Assembly: GCA_964522175.1 (NCBI GenBank)
Contig: CAZFVC010000001.1
Span: 1-59,540 of the forward strand
DNA length: 59,540 nucleotides
Source: an uncultured Desulfurococcaceae archaeon
Lineage (GTDB): Archaea > Thermoproteota > Thermoprotei_A > Sulfolobales > NBVN01
Reading direction: 5' to 3'
A model generated the notes under the pieces. It had not been told where the DNA came from, searched no databases, and worked only from the letters and a program-made list of their open reading frames with translations. A program made the position numbers and the translations under genes. The stretch's first letter is position 1. Each line of letters opens with the position of its first letter. This document shows positions 46,183 to 52,237 of the stretch, piece after piece.

Positions 46183-46749
46183 TCAGCCTTCAAGAGTAAT
46201 GACTGCGAGATCCGTATATATAGGGCCCTCAGGCCTTAACACGCTTTTCTTGAGCTTGATTGAGGATACCTCGCTTGTCCCAAATACGTGGTCTCCGTAG
46301 CTGCTGAAAACGTTCGCTAGGCAGGCCCTGTCGTAGCTTCCCTTAACTCTCGCAATAGTTATGTGGGGAACGAACCTGTTCCGGTCAGGCTTACCGAACC
46401 TTCTCAGACAGGGCTCCAGAGCATTCCTTAAAGTCCTAAGCTCCTCGGCACCTTCATCAACCCCTACCCAGATAACCCTGGGCCTCGCGTTAGATGGGAA
46501 CGCGCCTAGGCCCGCAATGCGCATGCTGAACTTCGTGAAGCTGGAGGCGGGCTTAAGACACCCCCCCACGTCCAGAACAAGCTGTTCCGGCACCTCTCCT
46601 AGGAAACGGAGAGTTAGGTGAACGTTCTCATCCTCAACAACCTTTATTCCCCTTCCCCTGCTGCAGGAAGCCACCTCGGCCTTAACCTTCAGGACCTCGT
46701 TAAGAACCTGGGGGTTCTCGATCTCCACAGCCACAAATAACCTGACCAC
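46183..46749 (-). CDS. thpR: RNA 2',3'-cyclic phosphodiesterase (2H family, LigT/ThpR)
   Basis: 188 aa. It has two HxT/S motifs (VHLTLRFLG and PHITIARV). Confidence 0.88.
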   Translation of the reverse strand: MVRLFVAVEIENPQVLNEVLKVKAEVASCSRGRGIKVVEDENVHLTLRFLGEVPEQLVLDVGGCLKPASSFTKFSMRIAGLGAFPSNARPRVIWVGVDEGAEELRTLRNALEPCLRRFGKPDRNRFVPHITIARVKGSYDRACLANVFSSYGDHVFGTSEVSSIKLKKSVLRPEGPIYTDLAVITLEG

Positions 46750-46772
46750 GGAATCAACCCTAAATACACCCT

Positions 46773-46791
46773 CAAATTAAACACTTAAAAG
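46773..46791 (+). promoter_or_regulatory. AT-rich TATA-like region upstream of tRNA-Pro
   Basis: CAAATTAAACACTTAAAAG lies about 30-45 nt upstream of the mature tRNA 5' end. Confidence 0.35.
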
Positions 46792-46821
46792 TAAAGCGAT
46801 AGTGTTACCTATGGAGCACGT

Positions 46822-46921
46822 GGGGCCGTCGTCTAGCTTGGCTAGGATGCCAGCCTGGGGTGACAACCCCGAGGTCCCGGTGCGCTGGTGGTCCCGGGTT
46901 CAAATCCCGGCGGCCCCACCA
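46822..46921 (+). tRNA. tRNA-Pro (anticodon GGG) with a 22-nt intron at 37/38 and an encoded CCA
   Basis: Folded by hand. Acceptor stem GGGGCCG/CGGCCCC, D arm GTCT..GGAT, anticodon stem CCAGC/GCTGG. The loop is C-T-GGG-G, then the intron, then C. Variable loop TGGTC, T arm CCGGG-TTCAAAT-CCCGG, discriminator A, CCA. It is an isolated GC-rich island. Confidence 0.85.
46861..46882 (+). other. tRNA-Pro intron (22 nt, canonical 37/38 position)
   Basis: The sequence TGACAACCCCGAGGTCCCGGTG interrupts the anticodon loop. Its CCCC can pair with GGGG (positions 34-37), as expected for a bulge-helix-bulge substrate. Confidence 0.75.
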
Positions 46922-47109
46922 GCTTTCCTGATTAGGCCTAAATTATTCGCAATCTCAGCAGCCTTCTCAGCAGCCTCATTAGGTGATGAGGCAGTCACGT
47001 TGAGAACAATGTTCGTTCCCTTAACCCTTATCCTGAACCTCTTCCTGCCCTCAATTTCATACTCCTCAACTATCTCAAGCTCTGTACCGCCACCCATCGC
47101 TTCCCACAC
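46900..47109 (-). CDS. Small hypothetical protein (69 aa)
   Basis: The core is globular-looking (TELEIVEEYEIEGRKRFRIRVKGTNIVLNVTASSPNEAAEKAAEIANNLG). It starts at GTG 47109 or ATG 47097. The last 22 nt, including the stop, are antisense to the tRNA-Pro T-arm and acceptor end. Confidence 0.4.
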   Translation of the reverse strand: MWEAMGGGTELEIVEEYEIEGRKRFRIRVKGTNIVLNVTASSPNEAAEKAAEIANNLGLIRKAGGAAGI

Positions 47110-47242
47110 ACTTAACTTCCTTCCAGAGTATTAATGAGTAAGTTCCTTCAGATATGCGCAGATCCGTTCATGATCAATGATTTTTCAGCTTTTAGGAAAA
47201 GTTTTTCACTCTTCTGCACAAATTATTAAATGGTGTTAAGGG

Positions 47243-48625
47243 TTGACGTACTATTATGAGAAATACCCTCCTAATGAAGTCCCTAAAATAGTGGTTGAGC
47301 CTCCGGGCCCTAAAGCCAAGGAAATAATGGGCAAGGATCAGTCCTTAGTGATGCAGTCGTTTGTTAGGTGGTACCCCCTAGTCGCTAAGACCGGTTTAGG
47401 CGCGGTTGTCGAGGACGTTGACGGCAATATCTACATAGATATGAATGCAGGCATAGCCGTAATGAATGTGGGGCATTCACATCCTAGAGTGGTGAAAACT
47501 ATTAGAGAGAAGGCCGGGAAGCTCCTCCACTACTCCCTCACAGACTTCTATTATGAGGAGGTTGTGGAGTATTCTGAGGAGCTCGCCGCTGTCGTCCCTA
47601 TAGATGGGGGCAAGAAGTTCTTCTTCGGTAACAGCGGTGCGGAAGCTAATGAGGCCGCCCTCAAGATAGTTAAGGGAATTAATGAGGGGAGGAGGCCATA
47701 CATAATATCCTTCATAGGGTCCTTCCACGGGAGAACAACCGGAGCCATGTCGATAACTGCGAGCAAGCCTATCCATAGGAAAGGGTTCCAGCCCCTGCTC
47801 CCTGCAATAATACATGTTCCGTACCCCTACCCCTACAGATGTGCCTTCAATGTGGAGCCTGAGGAGTGCGGGGACGCCGTTATAGGTTTCCTCGAGGAGT
47901 GGATCTTTAAGAGGGTTGTTGATCCCTCGGAGGTCGCTGCCATCTTCGCCGAACCTATTCAGGGTGAGGGAGGCTACGTAGTGCCTCCAGACGACTTCTT
48001 CCCCAAGCTCCGTAAGCTAACGGAAGCTAACGGCATCCTACTGGTTGATGATGAGGTTCAGGCAGGTATGGGGAGGACAGGCCGGTGGTTTGCGATTGAG
48101 CATTGGGGAGTTAAGCCCGACCTAATAACTATGGCTAAGGCTGTCGCTTCAGGACTCCCGCTAGGTGTAGTCGCTGGCAGGGAGGAAATAATGAGGCTCC
48201 CGCCGGGCTCACACGCCAGTACCTTCGGAGGTAACCCAATATCTCTCGCCGTGGGTAGGGAAGTGATACGGATAATTAAGGATGAGGACCTCCTAGGCAA
48301 CGCGAGGAGGGTAGGAGACGCAATATTGAGGAGGGCTAGGGAATGGCTAGACAGCTTCGAAATCGTCGGTGATGTGCGTGGTAAGGGACTCATGATAGGT
48401 GTCGAGCTCGTGAAGGACAGGCGCACAAAGGAGTATGCGAAGAAGGAGCTTGCTAAGGTGCTTAACGAGGCGTTCAAGAGAGGTGTCGCAGTAATAGGCT
48501 CAGGCTTCTCAACAGTAAGGTTCTCCCCGCCGCTAGTGATTACTGAAGAACTCGCTATGAAGGCAATGGATGTGCTTGAAGACATAATTAAGGATGTGGA
48601 CAGGGAGGTTCATGGAGGAGCTTAA
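47243..48625 (+). CDS. Class III aminotransferase (GABA/acetylornithine/ornithine aminotransferase family)
   Basis: 460 aa, TTG start. It has GNSGAEANEAALK, DEVQAGMGRTGRWFA and the PLP-lysine context TMAKAVASGLPLG. Confidence 0.9.
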   Translation: MTYYYEKYPPNEVPKIVVEPPGPKAKEIMGKDQSLVMQSFVRWYPLVAKTGLGAVVEDVDGNIYIDMNAGIAVMNVGHSHPRVVKTIREKAGKLLHYSLTDFYYEEVVEYSEELAAVVPIDGGKKFFFGNSGAEANEAALKIVKGINEGRRPYIISFIGSFHGRTTGAMSITASKPIHRKGFQPLLPAIIHVPYPYPYRCAFNVEPEECGDAVIGFLEEWIFKRVVDPSEVAAIFAEPIQGEGGYVVPPDDFFPKLRKLTEANGILLVDDEVQAGMGRTGRWFAIEHWGVKPDLITMAKAVASGLPLGVVAGREEIMRLPPGSHASTFGGNPISLAVGREVIRIIKDEDLLGNARRVGDAILRRAREWLDSFEIVGDVRGKGLMIGVELVKDRRTKEYAKKELAKVLNEAFKRGVAVIGSGFSTVRFSPPLVITEELAMKAMDVLEDIIKDVDREVHGGA

Positions 48626-48818
48626 GGAATTCATTCTGAAGGCCCTTCAATGGAGTTCAGGCCTCACTACCGAGGAAGTGGTTAAGGAGGTCGAGGCGGA
48701 GGCCCCTGAAGCAACACCCGCCGAGATTAGGGAAGCCCTACTACAGCTGCTGAAGGATGGGAAGATAGAGAAAGTTCCTGAACCTTCGAAGATGAAGTTC
48801 GTTTTTCGGATCAAATAA
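48612..48818 (+). CDS. Small winged-helix-like protein (68 aa from the internal ATG)
   Basis: It reads MEELKEFILKALQWSSGLTTEEVVKEV...LLQLLKDGKIEKV. It overlaps the aminotransferase stop by 14 nt. The track start at 48594 is less plausible. Confidence 0.5.
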   Translation: MEELKEFILKALQWSSGLTTEEVVKEVEAEAPEATPAEIREALLQLLKDGKIEKVPEPSKMKFVFRIK

Positions 48819-49574
48819 TTATGCCGCCCTGGGAGCCACCCACACCGTTATTTTCGAGCCGTCATCACTGGTGACAAGCAGCTTCATGGGGAGCCCTGCC
48901 CCGAACTCAACGGTTACCACATCACCTATGTCTAGGGAGGGGGCTACTGACTTAAGGAGGTCGATGTCGTACATGCTTGTCACGGCAGATTCCTTAGACT
49001 CCAGGCTTAGGAGAGGCTTATCAAGCTTCAGGACCTCCCTAAACTCCTTCCCCTCAGACCTTGAGGAGACCGTTACCTCACCCTCCTTATAGGAGATCTC
49101 GAGCTCTTCACCCACAAGCTTTGCGTCACTTATTATCTTCCTGAATTCCTCGGGCTCCATCTGCATCTTCACAGGCAGGTCGAGCTCAAGCGACTGAATA
49201 AGTTCCTGGCCGAACCCTATGACCCTGACCTGGTACGTTCTTTCGCTTCCTGTCTTGGTGTTTATGAGGCCCAGAATCATTGTCTCAGAGCCGTCCTCAT
49301 ACCTCAGCACGACAGTGTCTCTCTTAGTTCCCCTACGCACAGCCTTAAGGAACTCGTCCCTGTCCGCAACAACTTTAGTCTCGCCGGAAACATCATAGGT
49401 CTCGAAAGCCATGCTCGGTATGTAGACCTCAACCATAATGTTTTTGTCGGGGCTCAGCCCCCTAATGAGGAAGGAGTTCTCATCCGCCTTAATCGGCGCC
49501 TCACTCAAAGGCTTAAGCGATCCTTGAAGCATCTTCTTCAGTAATGAGCCGTCCGGGTACTTAACATTGAACAT
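48819..49574 (-). CDS. pcn: DNA polymerase sliding clamp (second PCNA paralog)
   Basis: 251 aa. It is PCNA-sized with a two-domain beta-rich pattern (LKKMLQGSLKPLSEAPIKADENSFLIRGLSPDKNIMVEVYIP ... MKLLVTSDDGSKITVWVAPR). Confidence 0.88.
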   Translation of the reverse strand: MFNVKYPDGSLLKKMLQGSLKPLSEAPIKADENSFLIRGLSPDKNIMVEVYIPSMAFETYDVSGETKVVADRDEFLKAVRRGTKRDTVVLRYEDGSETMILGLINTKTGSERTYQVRVIGFGQELIQSLELDLPVKMQMEPEEFRKIISDAKLVGEELEISYKEGEVTVSSRSEGKEFREVLKLDKPLLSLESKESAVTSMYDIDLLKSVAPSLDIGDVVTVEFGAGLPMKLLVTSDDGSKITVWVAPRAA

Positions 49575-49667
49575 TCAACCACCCTCTACAATTAACTTGC
49601 AGGGAAGTTTAAGTGATTTGTTGAACTACCTTATTAAAGCGTCCTCACTATACTTCTGGGAGCGGGC

Positions 49668-50036
49668 ATGGCCAGGCTTGTCAAATCCTTCTTCGGATAT
49701 ATCTATCTCGAAGGCAGTGTTGAGGAGGCGGTTAAGGTTCTGGAGGCTATGAAGGAGCTTGGTAGGGAAACCGGGGATGTGGAGGATTCCTTAAGGATTC
49801 TCAGGAACTTCGACGCCTTCCAAGAGATGCTGCGGAAGAGGTTTAAGGAATTCATAGCTCCGAGGAAGAGTGAGCGGGACCTGATAATGGGTAGGGTGTC
49901 GGTGGATAAGCTGAGGCTCATTCGGAATGGTGGGGAGAGGAAGGTGGTTATTGTTTTCGATAAGAGGGTTCCTGAGGACGATGTTGTGGAGGCTTTAGAG
50001 AAGGCTGGAGTGGAATTTGAGCGGGCCGAAGAGTAA
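49668..50036 (+). CDS. Hypothetical protein (122 aa)
   Basis: Protein-like composition. Its stop codon directly abuts the stop of the convergent 141-aa gene (TAATTA). No family was recognised. Confidence 0.6.
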   Translation: MARLVKSFFGYIYLEGSVEEAVKVLEAMKELGRETGDVEDSLRILRNFDAFQEMLRKRFKEFIAPRKSERDLIMGRVSVDKLRLIRNGGERKVVIVFDKRVPEDDVVEALEKAGVEFERAEE

Positions 50037-50462
50037 TTATTTCTTCTTCTTGGCGCGTGTCTTCCCTTTACTCTTCCTAGATTTCTTGCTTGACTTGCTT
50101 GATTTAGCCTTCTTTTGAGCAGTCTTTTTCTTGCTTGCCTTCATCTCAGACCTCTTCTTAGATATGAAGCTCCTTCTAAGCTTCTTGATGTCGGCAATGA
50201 GTTTCTGAAGGCTCACATCCCGCCTTAAGGCCTGGGATAAAACATCGCTTATGTCAAGCATGGATTCTATGGCGTCAATATCTATGGCTCCCGGAACGAA
50301 CTTTATTTCGAGGTCCTCCTCAGCGGCGTAGTCTTCGGGGGCTTCCTCGGGAGGGACCTGTTCCTCACCTTCCTCAAGAAGCTTCACCATCTTCTCGGCT
50401 TTTTCCTCTTCTTCCTCCTCTTCGGCCTCAGGTATGGGTGTTTCTCTCTCTTCCTCTGTCAC
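50037..50462 (-). CDS. Hypothetical protein with an acidic N-terminus and a Lys/Ser-rich basic tail (141 aa)
   Basis: GTG start. The N-terminus is EEERETPIPEAEEEEEEEKAEK and the C-terminus is SKKRSEMKASKKKTAQKKAKSSKSSKKSRKSKGKTRAKKKK. An ATATAAA element lies about 35 nt upstream on this strand. It is 57 nt downstream of the HerA-like ATPase gene. Confidence 0.65.
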   Translation of the reverse strand: MTEEERETPIPEAEEEEEEEKAEKMVKLLEEGEEQVPPEEAPEDYAAEEDLEIKFVPGAIDIDAIESMLDISDVLSQALRRDVSLQKLIADIKKLRRSFISKKRSEMKASKKKTAQKKAKSSKSSKKSRKSKGKTRAKKKK

Positions 50463-50519
50463 TTAATCCCCTCTTTAAGGAGTAGTTATGACCCAGTAAT
50501 AAGTTTATATTTCTCTTCC

Positions 50520-52163
50520 TCAATAATTTTGTGTCTCGATAAGGGCTAGAAAGCCGTCCTCCCCCAGAATGAAGGCCTCACCCACACGCAGCGTGGGGAG
50601 TTTTCTCCTAACCTCCTTTTCCTTACCGGAAGGCCCTCCAAGCACCCTCGATATGTAGTTCAGCGAAGACTCCTCGAGAACCTTGAAGACCATGATTAGG
50701 GACGCGTTATTTAGGAGGGAGGGATTCACGGCTCCAGGGTCCTGATATATTGCTATGGCAGATATCCCGAGCTTCCTTCCCTCCCTGAAAAGCTTCCCCA
50801 TTATGTCTATACCTGAGCCTGAGGCTGTGAGCCTCTGCGCTTCCTCAATAACCACAAGCGTTGTTCTGGGAGCTGCCTTCCTTACGTAGAAAACCGCGTC
50901 AAGTACCGTGCGCATGATGAGTGTCTGGAGGGGAGGGCTCTCGACGTGTGATAGGTCGAAGAGGAATGACCCGTCACTTAACTCGCCGGGATCCATCCAC
51001 CTAACTAGGCTGGATCCCGCAATACTTGAGAGGTAGGGAAGGAGTGAGGAAATAACTTCCTTTCCGTAGGGGATATCACCGTAATCCCCTGACTTAACTA
51101 GTTCGAGGAGTGTTGATGGGTTCACTTCAGGCAGTTCCCTATATGCCTTAAGTAGTATCGCGTTTAGGGCGGCTCTCTGAACCCCTCCAAGCCTGTAGGC
51201 GTGCGTGACCTCTGAAGAAACCTCTTCGGCCCTAACCCCCGGTTCCTTGCCGAGTAAGGCGAAGGGATTTACCCTCTCAACAGACCCGTCCACTCTCCTA
51301 AACCCGTTTATGTCTCCGTACTCCCCATGTATATCAATAATTATGACAGGTATCCCGAATCCTTTAGCCTGCCTAGAGATCGCTTTAGCCGCCCGGGTTT
51401 TACCGGACCCTGAGGAGCCTATGAGGATCACATGGCTGTTCATGCCCAACCTAGGTCTGTAGCAGTAGATGCTTTTTCTGGAGGGCCCTGCATAAACCTT
51501 CCTAACCTTACCCACTATTATGCAGTCTTCGCCGATCAGGACAGCTTTGGTTTGCGGCGGTATGAGGGATGCTGAGAGCGGGAGAATAATGAATGAGAGG
51601 AGCGCTGACAAACCCCCAATAATAACTGTTTTGAGGTAGGGCTGGTTACCCCTTCCGTACACAGCCAGCGATGCAGCAAGAAGGCCTCCGGCAACATATG
51701 TTGCTCGTCCCAGCATTGACGCATGGGCCGGCGGGATCAGTGGAGACGCTTCAGTTAGGCCGCGGAGCAGAGAATATGAAACCAGGAAGATACCTGTCGA
51801 AGCCAGTAAGGCAGGTATGTATTCCTTGGGCTGGGTGGGTGGTAGCTTGGTTTTCTCGGCTTGTCTCCCTAGGGCAGATCCCCACAGGAATCCTCCGGCA
51901 TAGAGAACCGTTACTGCCGCAGCGTTCTGAATTATGTAGTTCGCAGATGCCCAGGGGGCCGTGTTGAGGGAGATCAACAGTAAAGCAATATACTCCAGAA
52001 GCCCTATGAGTAGGTCACGCCCCCTACCAGCTACATACCCCGATGCCGCCACAGCAACCCAAACAATTATGGGGGACGGGAGGCCCTGGCTGTAGGATAT
52101 GTAGTATATTGCAGCGTTCAGCATCATGAGCAGTGCCGATAATGTTACGCGTTCCCTTCGCAA
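50520..52163 (-). CDS. Membrane-anchored HerA/FtsK-superfamily (DUF87-like) P-loop ATPase
   Basis: 547 aa, TTG start. About 7 hydrophobic helices occupy residues 1-205. Then come Walker A (ILIGSSGSGKT, around residue 250), IIIDIHGEYG and Walker B (TTLVVIEEAQRL). No HAS-barrel-like N-terminus is present. Confidence 0.85.
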   Translation of the reverse strand: MRRERVTLSALLMMLNAAIYYISYSQGLPSPIIVWVAVAASGYVAGRGRDLLIGLLEYIALLLISLNTAPWASANYIIQNAAAVTVLYAGGFLWGSALGRQAEKTKLPPTQPKEYIPALLASTGIFLVSYSLLRGLTEASPLIPPAHASMLGRATYVAGGLLAASLAVYGRGNQPYLKTVIIGGLSALLSFIILPLSASLIPPQTKAVLIGEDCIIVGKVRKVYAGPSRKSIYCYRPRLGMNSHVILIGSSGSGKTRAAKAISRQAKGFGIPVIIIDIHGEYGDINGFRRVDGSVERVNPFALLGKEPGVRAEEVSSEVTHAYRLGGVQRAALNAILLKAYRELPEVNPSTLLELVKSGDYGDIPYGKEVISSLLPYLSSIAGSSLVRWMDPGELSDGSFLFDLSHVESPPLQTLIMRTVLDAVFYVRKAAPRTTLVVIEEAQRLTASGSGIDIMGKLFREGRKLGISAIAIYQDPGAVNPSLLNNASLIMVFKVLEESSLNYISRVLGGPSGKEKEVRRKLPTLRVGEAFILGEDGFLALIETQNY

Positions 52164-52237
52164 GGCGCTCTCACATCAGCATACTCATCAAGAGTATTAA
52201 GCCTTCTAAGAAGAAGATTTAGTGGTTCGGTCTAGAG

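Noticed and set aside
46802-47134. 110-aa plus-strand ORF spanning the tRNA-Pro gene
   Set aside because: It reads straight through a well-folding tRNA and its intron. The composition is Pro/Ala/Ser-rich. It is spurious.
46750-47250. Possible integrated element at tRNA-Pro, since tRNA genes are common attachment sites
   Set aside because: I found no second copy of the tRNA 3' half (GGTTCAAATCCCGG...) anywhere in the window. There is no integrase-like ORF, and the flanking genes are housekeeping. I scanned by eye only, so a short att repeat could have been missed.
48058-48585. 175-aa minus-strand ORF inside the aminotransferase gene
   Set aside because: It is a Ser/Leu/Pro/Thr-rich antisense shadow of a strongly supported PLP enzyme.
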